Source of the DNA: a virus
DNA length: 64,000 nucleotides
Strand: one strand, 5' to 3'
IMG/VR virus record: IMGVR_UViG_3300046660_000367
Span: 1-64,000 of that record
Shown: positions 36,302-44,818 of the stretch, piece by piece
How the letters are laid out: every line of letters starts with the position of its first letter
How positions within the stretch are numbered: the first letter of the stretch is position 1
Program-made: the position numbers and the translations under genes
Notes under the pieces: model-generated
Database searches by the model: none
Told to the model about the DNA's origin: nothing
What the model saw: only the letters and a program-made list of their open reading frames with translations

Positions 36302-36646
36302 TCAGCTGCCAGTTGTAGCCGCGACTTCGGGGAACAGCCAGCCGGGCAAGTGGTTCTGTTCATACACCATCGCCACGTCAACCAGCGCATCGAGCAGCGC
36401 TTCCTCGGCTGGCGTGAGCGCAGCTTCGGGCAGGTCCATCAGCTCACTGATCTCGCCCATGATGACGTCGTACAGCGGTGGCAGCGGCAGCGCATTGGCG
36501 TCATCTGGTCGGCGCAGGCTGCGCGCACGCCGGGCCGCCGGCGCCTTCGCGGCCGTCAGCTCGGCGATTTTGCTCTCGGCCGCCTGCAGCGCGGCCAGCG
36601 CCTCGATGTGGGATAGCTCGCACAGTGGCTTCGGCGTATTAGTCAA
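36302..36646 (-). CDS. Protein containing a HigA antitoxin N-terminal-like segment, no HTH
   Basis: YDVIMGEISELMD...TPAEEALLDALVDVAMVYEQNH. Confidence 0.5.
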   Translation of the reverse strand: MTNTPKPLCELSHIEALAALQAAESKIAELTAAKAPAARRARSLRRPDDANALPLPPLYDVIMGEISELMDLPEAALTPAEEALLDALVDVAMVYEQNHLPGWLFPEVAATTGS

Positions 36647-36951
36647 GGCGCCGTTCTCCTAATTAGGAACTGCGTGCGGTCCTGGTCCTTCAGCCAGATC
36701 GGCGGGGCGCCCTGGCCGGTCCAGGTCTTGCCGGTGAGCGGGTCAGCGTACAGTGCTTCCTTTTTCGGCCGAATACGCACCGGCGGTTTCAGCACCAGGC
36801 CGAGGTCGGTGGCGCCGATGCTGTAGTCGGCCATCATGGTCTTGATCTGCGCGATGGCGTCACCGCGCCCCTCCATAATGAGCAGGGCGGCGCGCGCTTG
36901 CAGGTCGGCGATCTGTTTCTGAATTTGTTGTACTTCGCTCACGGTACTCAT
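36643..36951 (-). CDS. H-NS family nucleoid protein
   Basis: N-terminal coiled coil and YADPLTGKTWTGQGAPPIWL DNA-binding motif. Confidence 0.92.
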   Translation of the reverse strand: MSTVSEVQQIQKQIADLQARAALLIMEGRGDAIAQIKTMMADYSIGATDLGLVLKPPVRIRPKKEALYADPLTGKTWTGQGAPPIWLKDQDRTQFLIRRTAP

Positions 36952-37190
36952 GGTGCGCTTTCATCCCTATTCGCTAAGGCGACAGGCACGCCGCCGCGTG
37001 TTTTCGTCCCCCACGGCGCGCGCGGCTTCGCTTCAAGGTCGGCCATGGTCATGCCGGCGTCCTGCATCAGGGCCAGTATCTGCTGGGTGGCCTGGGTGCG
37101 CGCCATCCGTTGGGCGTCCAGCGCTTCTTCCTCCAGCCGGCTGATCTCGGCGCGCAGTTTGCGGTAGTGGGCAAGGTAATCGATTTCCAT
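36948..37190 (-). CDS. Truncated H-NS-like protein (oligomerisation region only)
   Basis: YRKLRAEISRLEEEA...QILALMQDAGMTMADL; no TWTGxG motif. Confidence 0.7.
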   Translation of the reverse strand: MEIDYLAHYRKLRAEISRLEEEALDAQRMARTQATQQILALMQDAGMTMADLEAKPRAPWGTKTRGGVPVALANRDESAP

Positions 37191-37281
37191 TTTTGTTTCC
37201 TTCGGTTAGTGTGGTTTGTGTAGATGCTGCGTCGCCCCGTAGCAGTTTGACGCGCGCCATGGGGTCAGAATAGTGACTCAT

Positions 37282-37530
37282 TTAGTGTTTGGCGGCGTGC
37301 CGTTGCCGCAGCTTATCGAGCTTGCCCGAGGACACCTCGAATCCGTCGCCGAAGGCGCTCAGGTATTGTTGGAACGTCGCCTCATCGGGTAGGTTATTGT
37401 GCACAATCTGGCTGATGGCCAGCCCGCCAGCGATGTAGCCGAATACATGCATCGAATCTAGCGGGGGCAGCTCCAAGTGTTTCGCCAGTTCGGCAATCGC
37501 GCGCAGGAAGGCCGCTTGTTTCTCGTTCAT
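37282..37530 (-). CDS. Hypothetical protein
   Basis: ATGA overlap; plausible helical protein. Confidence 0.6.
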   Translation of the reverse strand: MNEKQAAFLRAIAELAKHLELPPLDSMHVFGYIAGGLAISQIVHNNLPDEATFQQYLSAFGDGFEVSSGKLDKLRQRHAAKH

Positions 37531-37859
37531 GGCAGCGTCCTTTGTATGGTTTCCCACAGCGCACACGCGGCTTGCGCGGCCTGGCGCCGGGACATGCCGG
37601 GCGGGTCTTCTTCGGTGCCGCCGAAGCAGCTGCAGCGCCGCAGCTGGTGGCCAACTGAACCGATCACGCCGCGCATGCGGCACTCGTAATGGGTCACCTG
37701 GTCGGCACCATCGATGGTGCCGATGTCGCCCTCGGCGATCGCTTCCCCGCACAGCAGGCAGGCCTGCCCAATCGGCGGTGCGACCTGGCGTTCGTAGTCC
37801 TTCATCATGTGGGCCGGGCCGAAGAAGCCGATGGCGAAAGGGAAATCGTCGTCGCTCAT
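37527..37859 (-). CDS. Zn-binding hypothetical protein
   Basis: CLLC...HYEC...HQLRRCSC. Confidence 0.65.
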   Translation of the reverse strand: MSDDDFPFAIGFFGPAHMMKDYERQVAPPIGQACLLCGEAIAEGDIGTIDGADQVTHYECRMRGVIGSVGHQLRRCSCFGGTEEDPPGMSRRQAAQAACALWETIQRTLP

Positions 37860-38089
37860 GGGAATTTCCTGGTGAAGGTGGCGCTGCGGCGGTAGCACTT
37901 GGCGCTGCTGTCGTACTCCATGTTGGCTGGCGCCGCCTGTTGATAATGGCTGATATCGTAGCTGGCCTGCGGCGTCGAAATGCCGTAGAAGTCCTCGATG
38001 ACGACGCGGTTGAGGGTGCCGTAGTAGTCGAGGACCATGTCGATGAAGCGCAGGCGCGCAAGCTGCGCCGCGTTGTTCGGGCCGGTCAT
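37856..38089 (-). CDS. Stand-alone CapW/BrxR-type winged-helix domain (no WYL domain)
   Basis: RLRFIDMVLDYYGTLNR..I..FYGISTPQASYDI..Y...AP.NMEYD.SAK.Y. Confidence 0.8.
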   Translation of the reverse strand: MTGPNNAAQLARLRFIDMVLDYYGTLNRVVIEDFYGISTPQASYDISHYQQAAPANMEYDSSAKCYRRSATFTRKFP

Positions 38090-38262
38090 GGCGACTCCTT
38101 ACGTCGGGCGGTCAACGCCCACGCCCACGCGCACACGCCAGCGCAGCCAAGCGAGAACGCGCCGAACAGGTACGACCACCAGCCGGCCGGCTTGCACAGG
38201 TCGTGGACGGCGCAGGCCAGGTTGAGGACAACACCGACAATGGATAGGCGCTTCACGTTCAT
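38086..38262 (-). CDS. Small 2-TM membrane protein
   Basis: 58 aa, ATGA overlaps on both sides, hydrophobic. Confidence 0.55.
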   Translation of the reverse strand: MNVKRLSIVGVVLNLACAVHDLCKPAGWWSYLFGAFSLGCAGVCAWAWALTARRKESP

Positions 38263-38525
38263 GGCAGCTTTCCCCGCGCCGGCACGTACCGCCGTATCTG
38301 CGCCAAGCTGATGCCGCAGTGTTCGATCATGGCCAGCTGTACGGTTGCGCCAAGATGGAGGTGGCCGTTGCGGATTTTACTGAGTCCCGGCCGGGAAATG
38401 CGCAGGGTCGCCGCCAGCATCGCATCGTTCTGCGCGCAGGTTTGCACGATGACAAAATCGAGCAGGGCGTTGTTCGCTATGCGCTGGTGATCGGTGACGA
38501 TGGCGGCTTCGTTCATGCTGCTCAT
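38259..38525 (-). CDS. Small HTH protein (NDAxLA family), paralog of 45516-45749
   Basis: LLD...NDAMLAATLRISRPGLSKIRNG. Confidence 0.75.
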   Translation of the reverse strand: MSSMNEAAIVTDHQRIANNALLDFVIVQTCAQNDAMLAATLRISRPGLSKIRNGHLHLGATVQLAMIEHCGISLAQIRRYVPARGKLP

Positions 38526-38914
38526 ACAAGCGTCCCCAGGTCGGCGATGCCGACCATCAGCGACGGCGGGCGCGGCAGCTCGATGCCGACCGGGCGCCAC
38601 ATGTGCAGGCAATAGGTATGATTTGATATCCAATCAGCGCGGGGAGGGTGGTACTGCACTACGCAGTCGTCATCATCCCAAAACAGGTCCTTGATTTCGC
38701 ACAGTTCCGCCCACAGCGGGCAGCGGTCGGTGCGCGACACGGAAACGTGTTCCCAGCGCGATCCGCCCTGGTCGGCGCCGTCGCTGGCGATCACTTTCAG
38801 GCGCGTGCCGTTTTTCAGCGTGACCAGGAAGGCGCCGTTGTTCCCGTCCTTGGCGCTGGTGGCGTAGGCGCTGCCGCGCACGATGCGGAATTTCTCGGGG
38901 ACGCGGAACGTCAT
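38522..38914 (-). CDS. Conserved phage protein (WEHVSVS family)
   Basis: WEHVSVS..RCP.W.E.C.IKDLFW....VVQYHP...H.YCLHMWR. Confidence 0.85.
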   Translation of the reverse strand: MTFRVPEKFRIVRGSAYATSAKDGNNGAFLVTLKNGTRLKVIASDGADQGGSRWEHVSVSRTDRCPLWAELCEIKDLFWDDDDCVVQYHPPRADWISNHTYCLHMWRPVGIELPRPPSLMVGIADLGTLV

Positions 38915-39264
38915 GGGCGCCAACCGGCCATGGTGTCCTTGGCAATGGCGGCGTTGAGGACCATGCCGGTGTCGCTCGACTTGAAACCGGGGAAGCCCTT
39001 CTGGTATTCAGCATCAAGCCGGTCGGCCGCACCCAGCAGGGCCGCGTCGTATTCCTCGTCGGTGAATACCTTCTTCTCGATCAGCAGGAAGGTCACGGCG
39101 CTTAACTCGGCGCGCAACATGATGGTCGCCTCGCGGTGGTCGCGCACGGCCTGGCACTCCGGGTCTTCCTTGGTGCGGGTGCCGAGCTGCCAGCTGGCGA
39201 ACACGCTGCGCCATTTTGTCAGGCGGTTGAGGGAGGTGGTCAGCGCCTTTTGCAGTGGAGTCAT
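38911..39264 (-). CDS. Hypothetical protein
   Basis: Good codon usage, ATGA overlaps. Confidence 0.75.
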   Translation of the reverse strand: MTPLQKALTTSLNRLTKWRSVFASWQLGTRTKEDPECQAVRDHREATIMLRAELSAVTFLLIEKKVFTDEEYDAALLGAADRLDAEYQKGFPGFKSSDTGMVLNAAIAKDTMAGWRP

Positions 39265-39476
39265 GCCTGTTCTTTCGGGTTGGGTTGTGGGGTCACGTCA
39301 GCGTCGGCCCGGACGTGCACCACGGTGCCGTCAGGTGCGGTGCAGTAGGAGAACATGCCGTCAATGTTGCCCAGCCAGTAGACCGTGTCGCAGTCAACCG
39401 GCGGGGCACCTGGCGGCACTTGCAGGCCCCCGTCGATGGTGAAGTAGCTGCAATTGGGCAGGTTCCATAATTTCAT
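39261..39476 (-). CDS. Small conserved phage protein
   Basis: NIDGMFSYC motif. Confidence 0.65.
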   Translation of the reverse strand: MKLWNLPNCSYFTIDGGLQVPPGAPPVDCDTVYWLGNIDGMFSYCTAPDGTVVHVRADADVTPQPNPKEQA

Positions 39477-40066
39477 CAGCTTTGCTCCTTGAAAGGGCGT
39501 GGGGTGTTGGCACGCTCGGCGCGCAGCGCGTTGCGGTCGGCGTTGGCTGACTCGTAGCGCTGCCAGCCCTGGTCGGCACGCAGCGTCTCAGCGGCCAGCT
39601 GGCGGTGCAGGCGGGCGTTTTCGGCGACAATGGCGTCGTAGTCGGTGGCACCGGCCAGATGCAGCGCGAGGTCGCGCGGGTAGCCACTCCTGAGCAGGTT
39701 CACATGCAGCTTGGCCGGGTCATGCCAGACCGCTTCCAGCTCGGCGATGCGGCTGCGGGCCGCCTCGGCCTTGGCGGGCAGGTCGGACCAGTCGTGCAAA
39801 GTCAGCGGCGGCGGCGGGCCTTTCAGGCCGGCGGCCACGCCGGTCAGCAGGGCGGCAAGTCGGTCGCGCAGGGCGTCGTCGTCCTGGATTTCCTCGGCCA
39901 GCTGCTCGACCGACTCGAAGAACCGTTCGATCGCCGCGCGCGATCCGGCCAGGTGCGCCACCTCGATCATGGCCGTGCCGGGCCTCACCATCACACTTTC
40001 GAGTGATGCCCTTGCTGCGGCGATGCGTGTCTTCCAGAGGCCGGATATGGTGTCGCTGTCAGTCAT
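39476..40066 (-). CDS. Hypothetical coiled-coil protein
   Basis: LKGPPPPLTLHDWSDLP; RADQGWQRYE. Confidence 0.7.
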   Translation of the reverse strand: MTDSDTISGLWKTRIAAARASLESVMVRPGTAMIEVAHLAGSRAAIERFFESVEQLAEEIQDDDALRDRLAALLTGVAAGLKGPPPPLTLHDWSDLPAKAEAARSRIAELEAVWHDPAKLHVNLLRSGYPRDLALHLAGATDYDAIVAENARLHRQLAAETLRADQGWQRYESANADRNALRAERANTPRPFKEQS

Positions 40067-40322
40067 CTTCGTTTTCTCCTTGTGAACGTATCCATTCCGC
40101 GCGCCCGCCGGTCGGTTCCATTTCTTCCCAGGTGGCGCGGTAGTAGGCCTGGCCGCCGCGCTCGCCGTTCTCGCCCAGCGCCTGCACGTAGCCCTGCGCG
40201 CCCCATGGCTTCGGCTCGGTGACGACGAACATGCAGGCGCAGAACATGGCGTTGCGCGTCACGTCCGGGTCGGGGTTGAGCTGCATGATGTCGCCAACAG
40301 CCAGGTCGGGGACCGGCGTCAT
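40059..40322 (-). CDS. Small SH3-like hypothetical protein
   Basis: GDIMQL...VVTEPKPWGAQGYV...AYYR. Confidence 0.65.
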   Translation of the reverse strand: MTPVPDLAVGDIMQLNPDPDVTRNAMFCACMFVVTEPKPWGAQGYVQALGENGERGGQAYYRATWEEMEPTGGRAEWIRSQGENEDD

Positions 40323-40816
40323 TGGCACTCCTTGGTGGCCAGCGCGTGCAGCTGCGCGGCCAGGTCGGTGACTTCGGCGAACACGTAGTCGATGATGCAA
40401 TAGCGTTGGGGCTGGTTGAACAGCTCGATACCGTCAAAATTGGAAATGCCAAGCTCCTTTATGTGCGCCGCCATGCCCGGCGAGAAATCCCAGCTGTGGC
40501 CGCAATCAAAACCCAGCCACCACAACGGTGTGCTGTCGTTCAGCGGCGGGTCAAGGCGCAGCGAGGCCAAGGAAAATTCGTTGGCAAAGTTGATGTCGCC
40601 ATGGGCGTGCAGCGCGATGTTTCTATACTCCTTGCCGTGCAGCGGATGCCCCGGCAAGAGGCCCACATAGCCGCACAGGTGGCCGAAGTCCGCGCGCGCG
40701 ATCATGCACTGCAAGCCGGTCTGCGGATCGACCCACAGCAGCATATCCGGCTCGCTCTGCCACGGGCCGTCGCCCCAGGTGCTTTTATCGTCGAGGCGGT
40801 ATTCAATTTTCTGCAT
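40319..40816 (-). CDS. Conserved phage protein (GFDCxH family)
   Basis: GHLCGYVG..PGHP...HGDINF...WWLGFDCGH. Confidence 0.85.
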   Translation of the reverse strand: MQKIEYRLDDKSTWGDGPWQSEPDMLLWVDPQTGLQCMIARADFGHLCGYVGLLPGHPLHGKEYRNIALHAHGDINFANEFSLASLRLDPPLNDSTPLWWLGFDCGHSWDFSPGMAAHIKELGISNFDGIELFNQPQRYCIIDYVFAEVTDLAAQLHALATKECQ

Positions 40817-40833
40817 GGTCTCGTTCAGTCGGT

Positions 40834-41040
40834 TCAGATCACCATGTAAGTATTCATGCGGCCATCAGGTTTCTTGACCATGAACACGCTGCCTGACTCC
40901 ACTTCCTGGATCATCGTTTCGTACAGGCGCAGTGCGTTGGCGATGACTTCGGCGTGCGTGCCTTCCGTGATCTTGCACAGCGCGTCTAAGCGCTCGCTGG
41001 CTTCGTGCGGCATGGTCACTGTGTATTCTTTATCACGCAT
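40834..41040 (-). CDS. CopG/RHH-like DNA-binding protein
   Basis: YTVTMPHEASERLDAL...AEVIANALRLYE; GGAG RBS. Confidence 0.7.
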   Translation of the reverse strand: MRDKEYTVTMPHEASERLDALCKITEGTHAEVIANALRLYETMIQEVESGSVFMVKKPDGRMNTYMVI

Positions 41041-41136
41041 GTGTACTCCGTTCGTTAAACTGAGGGTTGTTGGCCTATTCACAATGTTATCAATTTGACA
41101 TAATGTTGATTATGCGAAACACTTGTTGTGCAAAGA

Positions 41137-41325
41137 CTAATCATCGCCGGGGACCTTGGGTACAACCTGGGCTGCCGTTACGGCGACCAAGCACAGACAC
41201 AGCAACGCCAGTAGCGGTTTCCCTTCGTTGAACATCACCAGCGTGCCGTATGCGGCATACACGCCTGTTGCGTGCTGCACCACCAAGGCGAAGCGGGCAA
41301 ACAGGCGTAGCAGGTTAAGGCTCAT
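41137..41325 (-). CDS. Small membrane protein
   Basis: Two hydrophobic segments. Confidence 0.5.
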   Translation of the reverse strand: MSLNLLRLFARFALVVQHATGVYAAYGTLVMFNEGKPLLALLCLCLVAVTAAQVVPKVPGDD

Positions 41326-41564
41326 GGGCATGACTCCGTGGGCTTGGCCAGCACGAACTGCACGCGCACCTGGTAGCCGAGCGCGGCGGCGATGGCGTTG
41401 ATGGTCAGCACCGTCAGCGTCTGGTTGCCGCGCTCGATGTTGGTGATGCTGGTGCGCTCGACTCCTGCCAGCTCGGCCAGCTGGGCCTGGGTCATGCCGC
41501 GCAGCTTGCGCAGCGCCTTGATGGTCTGGCCCAGCCCGTTGTTCTTGTCCATGTGCGCAGTCAC
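41322..41564 (-). CDS. XRE-family HTH regulator
   Basis: RKLRGMTQAQLAELAGVERTSITNIERG. Confidence 0.9.
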   Translation of the reverse strand: MTAHMDKNNGLGQTIKALRKLRGMTQAQLAELAGVERTSITNIERGNQTLTVLTINAIAAALGYQVRVQFVLAKPTESCP

Positions 41565-41571
41565 CTGGCCA

Positions 41572-42423
41572 TCACGCCTCGGGCATCCCGGCCAGAAAGC
41601 CAGCGACCAACTGCAGGCGCAGGTCGGTGGTCTCGAACTGGCCGTTCTTGATCATCAGGCTGCGCAAAATGTCGAGCCGCCCGCGCTTGGTGCCATCGTA
41701 TTTGACCAGGGTTTCCGGGTTGACGCCCCTGGCATCGAGGATCGCACGCACGTTGGCCAGCGTCGTTGCGAGCTGGGCCTTGTCGGCAGGGCTGGCCAGG
41801 AAGTGGGTGAAGCGGCCGTGTTCCTGGCCGGCCAGCTCGTGCGCGTACTGCACGTCGCCGCAGCGCCGGTCGAGGCCAGCGCCGGTGATCGGCGCCTTCC
41901 CCTGCCAGTATTGGTCGGCCGTTTCAACTGTCAGCAGCAGGATTTCCTGCTGGCCCGGCATGTTGGCGATGCGCCCGCCGTACTGCGCCCGCAGCGCCGC
42001 CATTTTCGCCGGCGTGTTCACCGGCTGTGCCCACGCCTCTGACAGCAGGATGACCACGTCGGCATCCATTTCGTCGGCCAGCAGCCGGGTTTCCTGCGCC
42101 ATCAAGTCGCGGTCTTCCGGGTCGCCCATGCGCATTGTCGGCTGCGACACCAGCCCCTTGGCGGTGTTCATCACGACAATCTCAGGCGCCACTTCCCTGC
42201 CCTGGCAGATGGTGGTGCGCGCCGTCAGTGCTATGTTCTCGGCGATGGCCATGAGGTGGGGCGGGATCGGCACCTGGCTGTCGTCGTGGAAGCGCATGCA
42301 GTTGCCACAATAGCGCTGGCTCACGTCGTCAATGTTGTGGCTGACCAGGCTGCAGAAGTGGCACTTGATCGCCGTGCCGTCGTCAAGGATGGTGTAGCGC
42401 AGCTTGGTGTAGGTGTCGGTCAT
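41572..42423 (-). CDS. Hypothetical protein with N-terminal Zn finger
   Basis: CHFC.LVSHN..D...RYCGNC. Confidence 0.75.
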   Translation of the reverse strand: MTDTYTKLRYTILDDGTAIKCHFCSLVSHNIDDVSQRYCGNCMRFHDDSQVPIPPHLMAIAENIALTARTTICQGREVAPEIVVMNTAKGLVSQPTMRMGDPEDRDLMAQETRLLADEMDADVVILLSEAWAQPVNTPAKMAALRAQYGGRIANMPGQQEILLLTVETADQYWQGKAPITGAGLDRRCGDVQYAHELAGQEHGRFTHFLASPADKAQLATTLANVRAILDARGVNPETLVKYDGTKRGRLDILRSLMIKNGQFETTDLRLQLVAGFLAGMPEA

Positions 42424-42668
42424 GGCGTGTGCTTCCGCGGCGTGATGGTGGCCATGTTCTCGCGCACCGCGAAGCGCGCCAGCGTCAGCGTCCGGCCAGT
42501 TCCGTCGGCGACCTGCTGTGCCAGCTTGCGCAGGGTTTCGACGCGGGCGGCGTCGGCCCCAACCAGGGGCATCATCATGCCGTTCAGCTGGATCGCCGGT
42601 ATCCCCTCCCCCAGGTCCTCGGTGGCAATAAAGGCGTACAGCTCAGTGATGATGTGTGGGTCGGGCAT
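42420..42668 (-). CDS. Hypothetical protein
   Basis: LYAFIA...GEGI...MPLVGAD...LARF. Confidence 0.7.
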   Translation of the reverse strand: MPDPHIITELYAFIATEDLGEGIPAIQLNGMMMPLVGADAARVETLRKLAQQVADGTGRTLTLARFAVRENMATITPRKHTP

Positions 42669-42730
42669 AGAGCAACTTGTAGTTTAAAAAACAGCAGGCA
42701 TATTAGGTAGCATTGACGCTTTATGCAACT

Positions 42731-43183
42731 TTATTTCTTTTCAGAAGGTTTGTAGTGTTCGGCCAGCAACTTATCGATGAAGTCGAACAGGCACGCTTCC
42801 ACCAACTTCTGGTGTGATTTCATGCGCGGCACGTTGTCCACGATCCACTTCATCTTGGCGTGGGTGACGCCGTCGAACTTGAGGTTGACGTGCTTGGCGA
42901 CCTTGCGGTCGGCGTGCTGCCACGGCGGCACGTGCGGCTTCTCCTTGGCCGCTGGCGCGACCTCGGCCGCCTGCGGTGTGGCTGGCTTTGCCGCCTTCTT
43001 GCGTGCCGCTGGCTTGGCCGGCATCGCAGCTGGCGTCTCCGGGGGGGCGACGGGGGCTGCTGGCGGCAACTCGGCGGCTGCGATGAACTGGTCTTCGGCA
43101 GCCTGGCGCGCAGCGGTCGTACCGGCGATCGGCAGCGGCTGGCGAAACTTCTTCACGGCCACGGTCTTTGCCGGCGCGGTCAT
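42731..43183 (-). CDS. Centromere-binding partner of ParA (C-terminal ribbon-helix-helix, ParG-like)
   Basis: ATGA-coupled to parA; disordered Pro/Ala N-terminus then KHVNLKFDGVTHAKMKWI...SHQKLVEACL. Confidence 0.7.
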   Translation of the reverse strand: MTAPAKTVAVKKFRQPLPIAGTTAARQAAEDQFIAAAELPPAAPVAPPETPAAMPAKPAARKKAAKPATPQAAEVAPAAKEKPHVPPWQHADRKVAKHVNLKFDGVTHAKMKWIVDNVPRMKSHQKLVEACLFDFIDKLLAEHYKPSEKK

Positions 43184-43848
43184 GATGCCACCCGCTCGTC
43201 TACCCACACTTCGGCTGCCAGCGCCGCCATTTCTGCCACGGCCTTGTCGTCGGTTTCGGCGCGCGGGTACTCGCTGGTGGCGCGGCCGTCGCGGGCGCAG
43301 CGGCGGTAGGCCTTGCGCGAATGGACTTCGGTGGCCAGGATCGTGTAGTTCTGCATGTCGGCCAGCGCTTCACGCATTTCCGCCACGTCCTGCTGCTGGG
43401 CGTTGGTGGGGGCGCAGTTGACCAGCAACACGGCGGCGAGGCCTTCGTTGATGGTGCGCACCTCGCCCACCAGCCTATCCATGGTGAAGGTCGAGAAGAT
43501 ATCGAACTGCGACGGTTCGCAGGGCGTGACGATCAGGTCCGCTACCATCATCGCGGCGCGCAGCTCGATCGAGTCCTGGCCACCGGCGTCGATGACGATG
43601 TGGTCGTATTTGTCCTTGAGGGCGCGCACTTCCTCCTTGAGCGACTTGCCGCGCAGGCCGATGCAGGTGATCGCCGGCAGAATGCCTTCCTCGCGCCGCG
43701 CTGCCGCCCATTGCTGCGCCGATCCCTGCTTGTCGGTGTCGATCAGCAGCACGTCCTTGCCCTGAGCCGCGCACGATACCACCAGGTTGACCGCGATCGT
43801 GCTTTTGCCGACCCCGCCCTTTTCCGCTCCTACCACGACGATTGCCAT
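43180..43848 (-). CDS. parA: Type Ib ParA partition ATPase
   Basis: Deviant Walker A EKGGVGKST, LIDTDKQGS, IVIDAGG; no N-terminal HTH; AGGGGG RBS. Confidence 0.95.
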   Translation of the reverse strand: MAIVVVGAEKGGVGKSTIAVNLVVSCAAQGKDVLLIDTDKQGSAQQWAAARREEGILPAITCIGLRGKSLKEEVRALKDKYDHIVIDAGGQDSIELRAAMMVADLIVTPCEPSQFDIFSTFTMDRLVGEVRTINEGLAAVLLVNCAPTNAQQQDVAEMREALADMQNYTILATEVHSRKAYRRCARDGRATSEYPRAETDDKAVAEMAALAAEVWVDERVAS

Positions 43849-43849
43849 A

Positions 43850-44345
43850 CCGCCCCCTTGTTTAATGTGATGACAAAAAGGAAGTATCTCATACGAATAT
43901 GTGCAATGCAATGCTAATCATACAAATGTCGATCTGTATTGATAGGCATTAATCCACATAAGATAGGTTAAATTAGATTAATAGCAATTAAGTTAATGCT
44001 GAATACAATAAGTCACAGTTAATCGGCATTAATCTCATTAATGCCGATGAATATCATTTTAAATAAATTGGACCGATATAAGACAACATAATTTTAATTA
44101 GCATTGCATTTATTGCATTAGTTTAATGTAAGTCTAATTTAATTGGTGCTGATCTATAGTAAACAACATAAGCTAACATTATGCACTCCAACATAAATGT
44201 AATTGGTGTTGATAAGCACTAATTAGATTAAATTTAATTTGTGCAAATTTGATCAAAGTTAATCAGTGCTGATTACAATTGCACAAACTTATACTTGTAT
44301 GTGCAACTTTGTGCTATTTTGTGCAAAAAGTTGCACTAATGCCAT
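43850..44345. repeat. AT-rich array with ~10-bp periodicity upstream of parA (candidate centromere/operator)
   Basis: Phased TTAAT/ATAAG/TGAT units; TAATTGGTGYTGAT twice 60 bp apart; 12-bp IR at 44022-44048; repeated TGTGC/TGCAC at 44240-44336. Confidence 0.7.
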
Positions 44346-44818
44346 TATGTGTTTGCCACGGTGAGCAGGCGGCGCAGGGCGCTGTAGTTGGCAATTGACA
44401 GCCCGTTGGCCGGGTCGGTGAGTATCCAGCGCGGGCCGTGCATGTCGTCTATATCGAGGATATCGTCCACGATGGCATAGGTGATGACCTCCGGGTGGGC
44501 GGCCAGCCAGGCGGCGATCTCCATGGCGCGGGTGCCGGTGACGTTGATCGGCGTCACGTCCATGATCGGCAGGTCGAAGGCGTTGGCGGCCTCGTGCGCG
44601 GTGCAGGTGTAGCGCCAGTCCGACGACAGGACGACCGAGCAGCCGGTCTCGCGGCACAGGCGCCGCACCAGGCCGATGGCGACATGGTCGAACTTGGCCA
44701 TGTCGCCGGGCCGGAACGAGTGCGGAAAGCCACCGAACGCCATCTGGCTGCGGCCGCTGTTCAGGACGCCGTCGATATCGAGGAATAGGACCTTGAGGCC
44801 GGGTTTAGCTGTTGACAT
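44345..44818 (-). CDS. HAD-superfamily phosphatase (Swiss-army-knife RNA-repair type)
   Basis: FLDIDGVLN, VVLSSDWR, EIAAWL..HP....YAIVDD. Confidence 0.88.
   Translation of the reverse strand: MSTAKPGLKVLFLDIDGVLNSGRSQMAFGGFPHSFRPGDMAKFDHVAIGLVRRLCRETGCSVVLSSDWRYTCTAHEAANAFDLPIMDVTPINVTGTRAMEIAAWLAAHPEVITYAIVDDILDIDDMHGPRWILTDPANGLSIANYSALRRLLTVANT

Noticed and set aside
43850-44345. AT-rich array as a CRISPR array
   Set aside because: No conserved 25-40 bp repeats with unique spacers; the period is ~10 bp; no cas genes
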